Shown here: positions 43,676 to 56,238 of the stretch, in pieces | How positions within the stretch are numbered: the first letter of the stretch is position 1 | Layout of the letters: each line of letters begins with the position of its first letter | Assembly: GCA_965237415.1 (NCBI GenBank) | Contig: CBDEFM010000002.1 | Location: 3,552,001-3,616,000 of the forward strand | Direction of reading: 5' to 3' | Length of the DNA stretch: 64,000 nucleotides | Origin: Alphaproteobacteria bacterium | GTDB lineage: Bacteria; Pseudomonadota; Alphaproteobacteria; UBA828 | Translations under genes and position numbers: made by a program | Notes under the pieces: model-generated | Seen by the model: the letters and a program-made list of their open reading frames with translations, nothing else | Databases searched by the model: none | What the model was told of the DNA's origin: nothing

Positions 43676-45601
43676 CTACCAAGCCGCACTTTCCAACGCG
43701 GCCTCTGCTACCGCGCAGTAGCGCGCCAGGGCTGGCTCTGCGCGAACGAGACGACGAATACTGTGAAGTAACCGCGTCGATGATTCCTTTCCCTCAACTT
43801 CGAATGCAAGTTCGCTGATCCATTCGCCGGCGAAAGAAGCCCAATTCTCCAACTTCTCGTTTGACGCAGCAGCCAACATAGCGATGCGTATTTGATCCTC
43901 CGCCTCAACGGTCAATCGTTTCCTGCGCCGCATGACCCGATCCAATACCCGCAGCTCTTCCGCAAGGTCCGTGCTCCGAGTAACCGCGGCTACCGTCGCC
44001 AAGCCTCCAATCAACCCGAATAGATTATCATCACTGTCGGCGATTTCAATGGAGTACTTCACTCTACGCAGCGCAGTAGCGGCTAACCCCGCATGACTGG
44101 CGGGCATGCCAAATAGACTAGCCAGGTTCACAAGTCTGGCGAACGAATGTGGTTCCAAGTACTCTGATTTCAGATCGCTTGCCACGTCTTCCAACACATC
44201 GTCAGAGATAGTAGGCACTTCTGACTTAGCTTCCCCCTCCAAAGGTCCAGGAAGCATTCGGAAAGGCCAATCGACCGCGGTCGCCAATCTTGACTCCTCT
44301 CCAACCACGAGGCAGCGCAGCGATTCAGACTTGATTCCCTTCTGCCATCTCTCCACTGCGTTTGAAATTCGGCCCATAAACTCTGCACGCAATTGATATG
44401 GACTAACAAAATCCGGCAACCACCGAGGCTCCAGGCGCAAATCTACCAAGCCCTGTAAGAAGAATACATTGCCGAACCCGCTCGTTTTGGCCCAGTCGAC
44501 AATGGACTCCGCTTTTTCTTCACTTGCATATATTGCGCGAATGATCAGCGAAGCCTGTGCAATAGCCGCCTGCTTTCGGTAAAAGGGTTGAACCTGCCCC
44601 AGCACATGCCTGCGGCTAAGTTCCGATCCAACGAGTACGACGATGGCCGAGAGTAGTGAAAAGCGCCCGCCTTTGTGTTCCGGATCATCCGAGATGAACG
44701 CTTCAATAATCCGCTCAACAAATGGTTCAAGCTCCCTATGCTCCTCAATACTACGAAGTGCCACTTCCACTGCACCCAGCTGCGAAATAGGGTCCCCATG
44801 GTCTGCTAGCCATTCGTACGCCCCTAACAACTCCTGTGAGCTAAACCCCTCAATCCCTATACGCGCCGCTATAGTGCCTGCCGAACACATCAACAGCGAA
44901 TAGAGAAACCCACTAGTAGAATTCCACTTCTGAAGATCGCAGATGAGCTGCGCCGCTCCACCGTTGATGTACTCGTCAGTATTAGAAGCCGAACCTAGGG
45001 AACCAATGAGAAGGTCATAGTACCGCGTTTCGCCTTGCACTAGTGTACCCAGGTCGACACGCCTTTGGGAAAAACCGGACCCAATGTTCTCAAAGGTGCT
45101 AACGGGTGTAAGTGTCAGCGCTTCACGCAACCGCGCGAACTCGTCATCACTCAGCGGTCTGCTAGCCAACCTCTCCATCCATTGCTGTCGTTCACTCCTG
45201 TCAAAATTGACACGCTCTGCAATTTCGTTGAACCAAGAAACCCGAATCTCCTTCTCCTTTGCTAATCCGGAGTGGTCTTCAAGAAGAAATTGGCTACCGG
45301 CGTCCGCGAGCACAAAGGACCAGCTAGAAGCTTTGGCTCGTGCGGTAAGTCGCCACAAGTTGCCCTTGTCGTCCTGAATAGTGACTTCCTCTTCAGGACG
45401 GCCAATGGCTTCTCGCATACCACGGTACAACTCCTCTCGTCGAAAGCACGGCCCATCTTTCCCAATTGCTACACCAGCTGTAGCATTTAGCTCCCAATGA
45501 TCGACGAACTCCTGGTCATCCAGCAGGGATCTCCGCAAGCAAGGAGCCAGGAATCCAAAGGCGGCCACTACTAAGGAATGCTTCGTACGGCTATTGGTCA
45601 T
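43676..45601 (-). CDS. Unknown 641-aa protein, coupled to the upstream large gene
   Basis: Long lower-GC ORF with an 11-bp overlap; appears helical; no motif recognised. Confidence 0.8.
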   Translation of the reverse strand: MTNSRTKHSLVVAAFGFLAPCLRRSLLDDQEFVDHWELNATAGVAIGKDGPCFRREELYRGMREAIGRPEEEVTIQDDKGNLWRLTARAKASSWSFVLADAGSQFLLEDHSGLAKEKEIRVSWFNEIAERVNFDRSERQQWMERLASRPLSDDEFARLREALTLTPVSTFENIGSGFSQRRVDLGTLVQGETRYYDLLIGSLGSASNTDEYINGGAAQLICDLQKWNSTSGFLYSLLMCSAGTIAARIGIEGFSSQELLGAYEWLADHGDPISQLGAVEVALRSIEEHRELEPFVERIIEAFISDDPEHKGGRFSLLSAIVVLVGSELSRRHVLGQVQPFYRKQAAIAQASLIIRAIYASEEKAESIVDWAKTSGFGNVFFLQGLVDLRLEPRWLPDFVSPYQLRAEFMGRISNAVERWQKGIKSESLRCLVVGEESRLATAVDWPFRMLPGPLEGEAKSEVPTISDDVLEDVASDLKSEYLEPHSFARLVNLASLFGMPASHAGLAATALRRVKYSIEIADSDDNLFGLIGGLATVAAVTRSTDLAEELRVLDRVMRRRKRLTVEAEDQIRIAMLAAASNEKLENWASFAGEWISELAFEVEGKESSTRLLHSIRRLVRAEPALARYCAVAEAALESAAW

Positions 45602-48600
45602 CGTTGGTCTCTAAAAGTTGTTCACAAGCGTCCACGCTATCGGCGACATATTCCTTTGCCCAAGTCAACAGATGCTCGTAAGTCTCAGGGTCTTCTTCTC
45701 GCACCGACTCGAGAATGCGTGTTTCAAACCAGCGCCAGTAGGCTTCCTTTACCGATTGCGGAGGCTCCACGAGCAACGACATCAACATCCAAATCCAATT
45801 CCTGTATCGTTCCATATGCTGGTCGAGGTTGTCGTCTAAACGATGTGCCCAGCCCCTTGGATCGGCTAAAGTAAGCAACCAGTCAGATCGCGCCGCAGCG
45901 GTGGCCTCGTCCATCTCGCCAATCCACTGTTCCCTCAAGCTAAACAGGCACGCCTGATTTACTCCGTTCAGCCACTCTCGCTCGCTTGGAAGCTGAAGCA
46001 TATTACTCATTTGCACCCGTTGGATACTCTCTCGAATAGCCTTAAGCTCTCCGGTCTCCTCTAGAACGCCGTCTCGGACATTGCTACTGGACACTAGCTC
46101 ATTCAATTCGTCGGCATATAATGGTGTCAGAGCGAAGTTTGCCCGTCGCAAAGTGGTAAGAGCATCTTGTTGTTGTGTCTCTGAAATAGCACCGCGTTCC
46201 AGTAAGATGTCCAGCAGATCGATCATAGTGATTATAGGGCGGGAGGTAGTGTCTAGAGTAATAGACCTGTGACGGTTTACATAGCGGTCATCAACCACCC
46301 CTATATCTGAGTCTGTCATTAATTGCAGCAAGTCGATAGTGGGATGCGAGGATATACTTGGTGAATCATCATCGTTCCCACGGCGGGGCGCCTTCCCCAG
46401 ACGAATCTTCTCGCTTTCAAGGCTTTCCCGCAAGCGGACGCGAAGGCGATCCACCATTGAAACCACATCACCAGCACTTGCATCGTAAGAAATTAGAGAG
46501 TCCGCTTCTTCAACGTCTTGGTGTGATACAAATGCCGTTATCTCAGCGCGATGAAGTTTCGGGAGCAGGCCAAGAAAGTGTAGATGTGACGTGGACAAGC
46601 TGTCAAGATAGAGCACCGCCCCATCTCTAATCTCCGGCTCAGTCGGCCATGGTCTTTCTCGAATGTTCAGAGAGGCGTATGCGCTCTCTTGCTCTCGCCG
46701 GGTCAAAACGCCCTTTTCTGCAAGCTTTTTCACTAAGGTGGAACAGCTGCAAAGATGATCCTGGTACTCGCTGATGTCGACCTCTTGCTGCATAAAGGAG
46801 CTAATCTTGTGAATAGGGCCTCCACGTACAACCAGTCGCTGTCTTTCATCCAAGTGTTGTGTCGAAGAAGCCGCGGCAATGAAAGCAGCCAATGATCCTC
46901 CTAGTTCGGTGACCAACTTTTCTGGCGCGGCAGCACTCTCGTCAAAAACACGTAAGTGGCCTTCCGATATCATCGTTCGGAGTTCGCGGGCAGCAAGCAC
47001 ACGGCTCGGCTGATGGAACAAGATTCGTGCCTTTTCTCCCAAAAGCCATCCGAGGGTGCTATGAGGGATTACGATGCTATCGAACGTATCAATGCACTCG
47101 TCAAATAGATTTAGAAACTCCAAAGCTATAAGTGTCGTTGCATCCATCGAAACAACGTCGGCCCTTACCGTGACTGCTTCTCGGGCTCCACTAAATGCAT
47201 ATATAAATGGTCGGCGGCGAACGTCCGACTCGTGCACATTAGTCAGCGCGGGCATCAAATACAGGCTAAGCAAGGACCGGTTCAGCGCTTGTGCTGCAGC
47301 GAACAGCGGAATTTCGCCTCTTTCAAGTAATTCCCAGACACGTTCCTCATGCCCCTCCCAGTCCGGCTTTCTCTTAAGTAGATCATCAATCGTCGCTACC
47401 TGCACAGGCCCTTTGGGGCCTGAGAGTTCTGCTGCTCGCTGTATCCACGAGTGTACTTCAGCGGCATCTTCCCAGCCGCCTGTTGAAGCCAGATGATAAC
47501 TGCCTACCAATATTGTTGGATCGTCCATCGAGCGACTCGCCGCTTCCTTGATCAGATCCCTTCCCCGGCCCGCACCAATATGCTGTGCGATCTCACCAGC
47601 TCGGAGAAGATCGGTGGGCGTACGATCAGCCCGGGCAAGCCATTCAGCTTCTACAAAACCCTGAAGCGACTCCCAATCTCCCGATACCACTGCCAAGCTA
47701 ACCTGTAGATGACGAGCATCCGGCGAATCTTTCAATTGACGAAGTGCACCGACAGCTACCAATGCATCGTTCAGCTTGCCACACTCAAGATATGTCTGTG
47801 CTCGCAATAGTCGCATATCGGTATCTTGAGACCAGAGCGCAGGATATGTCTCAAGCACTGTGATCACTTTTTGAGGCTGCTCGCAATTGTGCAAAGAAAT
47901 CACATATCGACGCACATCTTCAAGATCTCCTCCAACTTCAACAAGGGTCTTGCCGTGCTCGCAGGCTTTCCTCCAATCACCCGCGTCTTCGTATGCTCTC
48001 ACGAGCAAACGCAATTCGATGATTGACGTATTCTCGTTATATGCTGCCAGTCTCTCCGCGATGGGATCCGCGCCGGAGGTCTCTGACAGTTCGCGACGAA
48101 GACGAGCGACGTCTCGTGCGGACAATGGCTTTCCCGCAGCTTCTTCCAGTAATTCCTCGGCCTTTGCAGTTTGTCCCGCATTAGCCAACATTTCGATTTC
48201 AATAAAATAAAGCCCCCTGGGGTCAAGATGCTTAAAGAGTTGCTCCCGGTGTTCGTTGATATAGGCTGCGATATCTGCATGGCTGCCCTTGCTTAGGGCT
48301 AAGGCCAGTCGTGCGATTGCGGCATCCCGCGACATACCTCCACTGAGGGCAGTCTGCCGAGTAACCTCGGCTTCGGCCCGCTCTATATCTATACTCACGC
48401 CAAACTGCAGTCCCAGGCTAAGTCGGCGCAGAAACGTTGAAGGGTCATTGACACTCTCAAGCAGTTCCTGACGCGCGTCTGCGGAGTACTCCGGGTCCAC
48501 CAGCCGTAACCAAAGCGCCCTGTCCTCCGCTAGCCCTGCCATTCCCATTAGACCGAGCGACTTCGCAACGTTATGCAATTGATCGTACAGTTGAATGGCT

Positions 48601-50228
48601 GTTCGTCGATGCTGGATGGCGAGCGGTTCACTGCGCAAGGGAAACTTCACAGCATCAAACGGCATGTCTTGAGCCAAAAACGTTTCCCGTAGTTCGTCCG
48701 GTACCGCCTGCAAAAGAAGGGCATCTGCGCTTGCTGCAAGTAGCCCTGGCGTTTCCTCCCAATCGTTCGGCGTCAAAACTCCCGCCATATCAAACGCTAG
48801 GTTCCAACTTCCCTCCTGCAAAGCGCTTCGAATATAGGAGAACTTGCCATGGCCATCGAGATCGGCGAACGTTAGTCCAGCCTCATCCAACCACGTATTC
48901 GCACTCTTGAAGCCCCTTGCTCCGAGTACCTGAATGTATGCGGCCCCGTAAGCTACTGGCGTTCCAATGCCACAAAGCTCACGTATCGCGTCGGGTATAT
49001 CACCTTTGAGTGACTTCACAACGCTTCGAGCAATGTTGTAAACTTCGCTATTGGCGGTTCCGATGCGGTTCACGAGCGACTCTGCTTCATCGAGATCGCT
49101 TCCAGCAAGAAAGCGGCAGCACCAAGAGAGCGCTGTATCTTTGTGTTCTTCGTTCGCCTGCGCGAGATCACCGCCCTCGAGATTAGCAACAAGGCTCTTC
49201 ACTTCGTCTATTACTAGAAACTCAGAAAAGTATCGGCATTTGCGGATACGTTCCAGCCGGCGGTCAACTTCTGTGTCGATTATTGAGGCGTGAGAACCGT
49301 GCATTGCGGGCCCTAGAGTGATGGCACCTCGCATATCCGAAAACGCTGCAATCTGGCCTTTGGTGAGCGAAACAAGCTCTTGAAGCTGGTCAGTGTTTCT
49401 TTCAAGAACTTGATCAGGACGCGTTACCTGAAGTGGCGGATCAAAGGAGCGGCGTATGAATTCCCGCACATGGATATAGACCTCAGCCTCTTTATTAGTT
49501 GGTTTGCATATACTCATATGGTCTTGGTCAACAGGGATGGGTGTCTCGGGCAAACCGGCGTCTGCACTCTCGGTTGTCACGATTTTCCCTATCGCGGTTG
49601 GCAGCTGAATGCCGAATACTCCAGATGGCTTTCCCTCAGAGAGGAGTAAGTTTCCCATGTTATTGTTCATACTGTGGTGTCTATACCAATGATTTAGATC
49701 GCGAAGTTGAGAACTACCCAAAATCAAGTCGTTCGTCACTTCGGATGGCCTAATCAAGGGCCATAACATTCTTGACAGGTTTGCCAAGAGAGCGCCTCGA
49801 TGAGGTGTTCCGAGGAAAGCTATGCGCTTTACACGGACCAGGAAATTTCGTGCTCTCGGGTTTGTGCCTGATTCTCTCTCCGCATTACGTAGAATTTGCT
49901 TTGCGACCAGCCCGCCAAGACTGTGAGCAACGAAGATAATATTGCCGCCTGCAAGCCCTGATTCTGCCAATAGGAGAGCCAAGATGCTGTCTGCACGTTC
50001 TGGAATAGAGATTCCAGTTCCACCCCAATATGTTTTTGCAGCCGGGTATCCCACAAGCCATAGATCGATGTCGGGAATATCGTCTTCCAACCGGAGGGGC
50101 CATAGCTCTGTAGAGTTATCAGTCGTAGTTGTCCAAGTTCTCTCAATATGTCCTGAAAGCCCGTGGATGAATAAAACGTGTGTCTCTACATTCGTAGCCT
50201 TTGTTGAGATGGTGCGTAGGATGGACAA
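45591..50228 (-). CDS. 1545-aa alpha/beta hydrolase - TPR-like - PIN-like protein (putative defence)
   Basis: FIHGLSG, AHSLGG, FLGTPHRG, DHMSICK; helical repeats; SMDATTL..IVIP and VVDDR; TTG start with GGAG. Confidence 0.82.
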   Translation of the reverse strand: MSILRTISTKATNVETHVLFIHGLSGHIERTWTTTTDNSTELWPLRLEDDIPDIDLWLVGYPAAKTYWGGTGISIPERADSILALLLAESGLAGGNIIFVAHSLGGLVAKQILRNAERESGTNPRARNFLVRVKRIAFLGTPHRGALLANLSRMLWPLIRPSEVTNDLILGSSQLRDLNHWYRHHSMNNNMGNLLLSEGKPSGVFGIQLPTAIGKIVTTESADAGLPETPIPVDQDHMSICKPTNKEAEVYIHVREFIRRSFDPPLQVTRPDQVLERNTDQLQELVSLTKGQIAAFSDMRGAITLGPAMHGSHASIIDTEVDRRLERIRKCRYFSEFLVIDEVKSLVANLEGGDLAQANEEHKDTALSWCCRFLAGSDLDEAESLVNRIGTANSEVYNIARSVVKSLKGDIPDAIRELCGIGTPVAYGAAYIQVLGARGFKSANTWLDEAGLTFADLDGHGKFSYIRSALQEGSWNLAFDMAGVLTPNDWEETPGLLAASADALLLQAVPDELRETFLAQDMPFDAVKFPLRSEPLAIQHRRTAIQLYDQLHNVAKSLGLMGMAGLAEDRALWLRLVDPEYSADARQELLESVNDPSTFLRRLSLGLQFGVSIDIERAEAEVTRQTALSGGMSRDAAIARLALALSKGSHADIAAYINEHREQLFKHLDPRGLYFIEIEMLANAGQTAKAEELLEEAAGKPLSARDVARLRRELSETSGADPIAERLAAYNENTSIIELRLLVRAYEDAGDWRKACEHGKTLVEVGGDLEDVRRYVISLHNCEQPQKVITVLETYPALWSQDTDMRLLRAQTYLECGKLNDALVAVGALRQLKDSPDARHLQVSLAVVSGDWESLQGFVEAEWLARADRTPTDLLRAGEIAQHIGAGRGRDLIKEAASRSMDDPTILVGSYHLASTGGWEDAAEVHSWIQRAAELSGPKGPVQVATIDDLLKRKPDWEGHEERVWELLERGEIPLFAAAQALNRSLLSLYLMPALTNVHESDVRRRPFIYAFSGAREAVTVRADVVSMDATTLIALEFLNLFDECIDTFDSIVIPHSTLGWLLGEKARILFHQPSRVLAARELRTMISEGHLRVFDESAAAPEKLVTELGGSLAAFIAAASSTQHLDERQRLVVRGGPIHKISSFMQQEVDISEYQDHLCSCSTLVKKLAEKGVLTRREQESAYASLNIRERPWPTEPEIRDGAVLYLDSLSTSHLHFLGLLPKLHRAEITAFVSHQDVEEADSLISYDASAGDVVSMVDRLRVRLRESLESEKIRLGKAPRRGNDDDSPSISSHPTIDLLQLMTDSDIGVVDDRYVNRHRSITLDTTSRPIITMIDLLDILLERGAISETQQQDALTTLRRANFALTPLYADELNELVSSSNVRDGVLEETGELKAIRESIQRVQMSNMLQLPSEREWLNGVNQACLFSLREQWIGEMDEATAAARSDWLLTLADPRGWAHRLDDNLDQHMERYRNWIWMLMSLLVEPPQSVKEAYWRWFETRILESVREEDPETYEHLLTWAKEYVADSVDACEQLLETNDDQ

Positions 50229-50592
50229 GTCAATTCTCCGACGAAGCAGATGTTGTCTGGCTTCGGAGTGATGCAGCGTACACTTCAGTCATTTTCTTTG
50301 CTTCGCGAGTATATCTGCGATCATTGTTGACTTCCGCGATTTACACCCTTCGATGTTGTCCAATCCTTCACTCTCTGCACTCCGATCCCGGCTTCGACCG
50401 CGCCGGACATCGTATGCGCCAGCGAACGCAGAAAGCACTCAGTATGGCGGAGGGTACGGACCTCCGTGCCCACAGGCGAGGCCCTGTTGTTGGAGGTGAC
50501 CCAAGGCCGCCTATCGGCTGCTGATGGCCGCGCTCGCCTGGAGAGCGAATACCGCCACGCTCTCGGTTCGGCAACAGTTTCGGCAGTGCTTC

Positions 50593-50910
50593 CTAGCGAA
50601 CCGTATCTACCTTGAGATGAAGTCGTTCGCGATCCTGAAGGCAGGCAATGACCTCGAATAGGTTTCGAGCTTGGGGATTCCCGTTGGGACTGAACATGCG
50701 CATCAAGCTCTTTGGCGACTTCTCAGTCAGGCCGCCCAGCGCTTGAAAGCCGATCGTGGCGTTGATGTAGTCGCGCAAAACCGCCTTGCCGGTGTCAATG
50801 TCTCCCGACAGCAGGCATTCGACCCCCTCCTTGAGCAGCTCTTCCCGGAAAGCTGGATCGCGGTCGCTACGCGCCTTGATCGTTTCCTTGAAGTCGCGTG
50901 TCAGAGACAT
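50593..50910 (-). CDS. Antitoxin / DNA-binding protein of a TA pair
   Basis: LTRDFKETI, LRDYINATIGF, SPKSLMRM..GNP. Confidence 0.85.
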   Translation of the reverse strand: MSLTRDFKETIKARSDRDPAFREELLKEGVECLLSGDIDTGKAVLRDYINATIGFQALGGLTEKSPKSLMRMFSPNGNPQARNLFEVIACLQDRERLHLKVDTVR

Positions 50911-50915
50911 GGCTC

Positions 50916-51245
50916 TCAGGCCTCCCGTCGTTTGCGCCGCTTGTAGTCCTGCCAATGACTTCGTGCGGTTTCGATGTCCTGCCGCTGGTGCCTCTTGGTG
51001 CCTCCGCCCAACAGAATGACCAGCGTCTCGCCGTCCTTGCCAAAATATATCCGATAGCCGGGACCGAAATCGATACGGTGCTCGAATACACCGGCGCCGA
51101 CACCCTTGACGCCGGAAAGATTCCCCAGCTCCAACCTTACTAGGGCTGTTGTCACCTTTGCCGCGGCCGGCGAGTTGAGCCGATTGAACCATCTCGCATA
51201 AGGGCTGCGGCCCTCAAGGTCGACATATTCCCTGACTGCGATCAT
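50916..51245 (-). CDS. RelE/ParE-family toxin (addiction module killer type)
   Basis: RLELGN..VKGVG.GV.E.RIDFGPGYRIYFG, LLGGGTK..Q..DI. Confidence 0.9.
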   Translation of the reverse strand: MIAVREYVDLEGRSPYARWFNRLNSPAAAKVTTALVRLELGNLSGVKGVGAGVFEHRIDFGPGYRIYFGKDGETLVILLGGGTKRHQRQDIETARSHWQDYKRRKRREA

Positions 51246-51320
51246 CCTTAGAGGGGAACATACACGTTACCAATAGGTCGGTCAAGACTGCTCGCTTGGT
51301 CTAGGTCTAGATGCACGTGC

Positions 51321-51569
51321 CTATCCCGCCACTTGTGCAATCCTGCTGGCAATGCGGTTCGCGGCCGATTTGACGGGATCGTTGGCGAGATGAGCGTAGC
51401 GGGCGGTGGTCTGCACCTGGGTATGGCCGAGCAGCTTGCCGATCATTGGCAAGCCTTCGCCGACCAGGAGCCCGCCGCTGGCGAACGAGTGGCAAAGGTC
51501 GTGGATCCGGACGTCCTTGAGTTCGGCCCGCGCCCGGATGCGCCGCCAGGGGTGCTGAAGGTCGATGAG
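51321..51569 (-). pseudogene. Tyrosine integrase C-terminal remnant
   Basis: DLQHPWRRIRARAEL..HDLCHSFAS..LGHTQVQTTARYAHL; paralog of 42971-43630. Confidence 0.85.
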
Positions 51570-51810
51570 CGGAAGGTGAACTGGATGCTGAACTGTGCCG
51601 TGGGGACATCGAGATTTGCCGCTGCTGGGGCCACGGCCTTCCCTGAACCCCGTCCGATAGCTGTCGGATTGGCCCGGCGCAGTCGCTACCGCTGTCCATC
51701 CAGGATCAGAGAATGACCGGATCTGACCGCACCTCGTGGAGACTTGTTGACTTTTAGTTGACTTCGCTCAACATCGCATGATCGGTGATCGGATAACCCC
51801 TTGAAAAGAT

Positions 51811-51886
<76 letters not shown>

Positions 51887-52007
51887 ACATGCGGCGGTGC
51901 CGCGGCGGTGATGTGCCATGATTCAGCCGCATGCGCAACCGGCGCCCGCGCCCTCGCGGCGCCATGTCCCTCGCGGCGCGCGGGGTCGTCGCACCATTCG
52001 GGTCTGA

Positions 52008-53390
<1,383 letters not shown>

Positions 53391-53410
53391 TCGCGCGGCG
53401 CAGACATCCT

Positions 53411-53522
53411 CCCCCACCTCACCCCGGCCCTCTCCGCCCCCAGGGGCGGAGAGGGAGAGCGAGCCGGTGCCGCCTGCGTTCCCCCTCCGCCTTTGGGGGA
53501 GGGGGAACAGGGGGAGGTGGGT
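53411..53522. repeat. Inverted pair of REP-like palindromes
   Basis: CCTCACCCCGGCCCTCTCCGCCCC..GGGGCGGAGAGGGAG plus a degenerate inverted copy. Confidence 0.7.
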
Positions 53523-53660
53523 GGGTCAGTTGCGGCAGGCACGTGCCGAACGACGACGGGCAACGCTTCCGCTAGGCGGGCAGCCACGTGTCGGGCCGCG
53601 CACCGCCGCCGACACTACCGGCTTGACAGGGGCCGGCGCCGGCGGTGATGTCTTGGCACC

Positions 53661-54057
53661 ATGGCCGAGCGATTCGCGCGCGTTCGATACCGCACGATCA
53701 TCGTGCTGCTAACCTGCGCGCTGGGCCTTATCTATGTCGGCTACCAGAGCGTGCAGGGCGAACGCGGGCTGCTCGGGTGGATCGAGCGCTCCGCCGACGT
53801 CGCTACCAGAGGGCGAACGCGGGCTGCTCGGGTGGATCGAGCGCTCCGCCGACGTCGAGAGAACCCGCGCCGAGGTCGCCGCGCTCGCCGAGGAGCGGCG
53901 CAAGCTGGAGCGCCGCGTCTCCCAGCTTCGGAGCGAGAGTTTGGACCTCGACCTGCTCGATCAGGAGGCCCGGCGGCTGCTCAACCTGGGTCATCCGGAC
54001 GAGGAGGTCCTGTTCCACGACCGGCCGGCGCAGCCCGGCCCCGACCAGGGCGAGTAA
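53661..54057 (+). pseudogene. ftsB: FtsB/DivIC septum formation initiator, frameshifted by a 55-bp duplication
   Basis: TM helix, QGERGL, coiled coil, DLDLLDQEARRLL; 48-bp repeat at 53755 and 53810. Confidence 0.8.
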
Positions 54058-54206
54058 CCACCCCGACGCTGCAGCGGTCATCTCTTGCCATAGCAAGTAA
54101 TATTCGCCTTGCCCTTGTCAGCCCGGCGCGTTTGACCTAGCGTGCCGCAAGGCTCCGCGCCGCCGAGTGCGTGCTAGGCGGTGCGGGCGTCAGGTGCGAG
54201 GGGGAG

Positions 54207-55229
54207 ATGGCAATCGCCAGGAAAAGGGCCCGAAGCGGGGCCAACGCACCCGCTCAGGCGGCTGCGATGGCGCCGGAGACGCTGCATCGGGCGTTCCGCG
54301 ACATGCTGCTGCTCCGCCGCTTCGAGGAGAAGGCGAGCCAACTCTACGGCATGGGGCTGATCGGAGGCTTCTGCCACCTCTACATCGGGCAGGAGGCCGT
54401 GGTCACAGGTGTGCAGTACGCGCTGGAGCCCGGCGATTCGGTCATCACGGGCTATCGCTGCCACGCCCACATGCTGATCGCGGGCGTGCCGCCTAAGGAG
54501 GTCATGGCCGAGCTCACCGGACGCGCGGCCGGCGCGTCCAAGGGCAAGGGCGGCTCGATGCACCTGTTCGCGCCGGAGCGCGGCTTCTACGGCGGCCACG
54601 GCATCGTCGGCGCCCAGGTGCCGCTCGGCGTCGGCCTCGGCTTCGCCCACAAGTACCGCGCCTCGGACCGGATTTCCGTCACCTATTTCGGCGACGGGGC
54701 GGCCAATCAGGGCCAGGTGTTCGAGGCCTTCAACATGGCGGCGCTCTGGCAGCTCCCCGTCCTCTTCGTGATCGAGAACAACCAGTACGCCATGGGCACC
54801 TCGGTCGAGCGCTCGGCGGCGGTCTCCGACCTGCACGAGCGGGGTGCGGCCTTCGGCATTCCCGGCGTGCGGGTCGACGGGATGGACGTGGCCGCCGTGT
54901 TGCAGGCGACTGAGGAGGCTGTCGCCGGCCTTAGGGCGGGCAACGGGCCGCTGCTGCTGGAAATGATGACCTACCGTTATCGCGGCCACTCGATGTCCGA
55001 TCCGGCGAAATACCGGAGCCGCGAGGAAGTGAGCAAGATGCGCAAGGAGCGGGACGCGATCGAGCAGGCGCGCCAAGCCCTGCTGGACGGCGGTCATGCC
55101 GACGAGGACGCGCTGAAGGAGATCGACCGGGAGATCAAGGCCATCGTCAACGACGCCGCCGACTTCGCTCAAGGCGCGCCGGAGCCCGCCCCGGTCTCGC
55201 TCGGCGCCGATGTCGTGGCCCGCGCCTGA
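54207..55229 (+). CDS. pdhA: Pyruvate dehydrogenase E1 alpha
   Basis: [31 protein letters not shown]. Confidence 0.97.
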   Translation: MAIARKRARSGANAPAQAAAMAPETLHRAFRDMLLLRRFEEKASQLYGMGLIGGFCHLYIGQEAVVTGVQYALEPGDSVITGYRCHAHMLIAGVPPKEVMAELTGRAAGASKGKGGSMHLFAPERGFYGGHGIVGAQVPLGVGLGFAHKYRASDRISVTYFGDGAANQGQVFEAFNMAALWQLPVLFVIENNQYAMGTSVERSAAVSDLHERGAAFGIPGVRVDGMDVAAVLQATEEAVAGLRAGNGPLLLEMMTYRYRGHSMSDPAKYRSREEVSKMRKERDAIEQARQALLDGGHADEDALKEIDREIKAIVNDAADFAQGAPEPAPVSLGADVVARA

Positions 55230-55254
55230 AGGGCGCGAGGGGCGCCGACCCGCC

Positions 55255-56238
55255 ATGGTTCAGCTGACGGTTCGAGAAGCGCTGCGCGACGCGATGGCGG
55301 AGGAGATGCGGGCCGATCCCGACGTCTTCCTCATGGGCGAGGAGGTCGCGGAGTATCAGGGCGCCTACAAGGTGAGCCAGGGCCTGCTCGACGAGTTCGG
55401 CGCTGGCCGGGTGATCGACACGCCCATCACCGAGGCCGGGTTCGCCGGGATCGGCGTGGGTGCCGCCATGGGCGGGCTCAAGCCCATCGTCGAGTTCATG
55501 ACCTTCAATTTCGCCATGCAGGCGATGGATCATCTCATCAACTCGGCCGCCAAGACGCTCTACATGTCGGGCGGCCTGCTGCCGGTGCCGGTGGTGTTCC
55601 GCGGGCCCAACGGCGCCGCCGCACGGGTCGCCGCGCAGCATTCCCAGTGCTACGCGAGCTGGTTCGCCCACGTGCCTGGCTGGCGGGTTGTCGCGCCCTA
55701 TTCGGCGGGTGACGCCAAGGGGCTGCTGAAGGCCGCCATCCGCGACCCCAACCCGGTGGTCTTCCTGGAGAACGAGCTTCTCTACGGCCAGAGCTTCGAA
55801 GTACCGGCTGACGGCGAGCATCTGGTGCCAATCGGCAAGGCGACCGTTGCGCGCGCGGGCAGCGATGCTACCGTCGCCGCTTTCTCGATCATGGTCGGCC
55901 GCGCGCTGGAGGCGGCGGAGACGCTGGCTGCAGAGGGCATCGAGGCGGAGGTGATCGACCTGCGCTCGCTCCGGCCGCTCGACGGCGAGGCCGTGCTGGC
56001 CTCGGTGGAGAAGACCAACCGCCTGGTCACGGTGGAGGAGGGCTGGCCCTTCGCCGGCATCGGGGCGGAGATCGCGGCGCTCGTGATGGAGAACGCGTTC
56101 GACATGCTCGACGCGCCGGTCGGCCGTGTCTCCGGCGCCGACGTGCCGATGCCTTACGCCGCCAATCTCGAGGCCGCGGCCCTGCCCGGCGCGGCCGATA
56201 TCGCCAACGCCGTCCGCCGCGTCTGCTACCGAGGCTAG
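55255..56238 (+). CDS. pdhB: Pyruvate dehydrogenase E1 beta (no lipoyl domain)
   Basis: [26 protein letters not shown]. Confidence 0.97.
   Translation: MVQLTVREALRDAMAEEMRADPDVFLMGEEVAEYQGAYKVSQGLLDEFGAGRVIDTPITEAGFAGIGVGAAMGGLKPIVEFMTFNFAMQAMDHLINSAAKTLYMSGGLLPVPVVFRGPNGAAARVAAQHSQCYASWFAHVPGWRVVAPYSAGDAKGLLKAAIRDPNPVVFLENELLYGQSFEVPADGEHLVPIGKATVARAGSDATVAAFSIMVGRALEAAETLAAEGIEAEVIDLRSLRPLDGEAVLASVEKTNRLVTVEEGWPFAGIGAEIAALVMENAFDMLDAPVGRVSGADVPMPYAANLEAAALPGAADIANAVRRVCYRG

Noticed and set aside
45591-50228. Avs/NLR STAND ATPase
   Set aside because: No Walker A or B motif is visible between the hydrolase and the helical repeats
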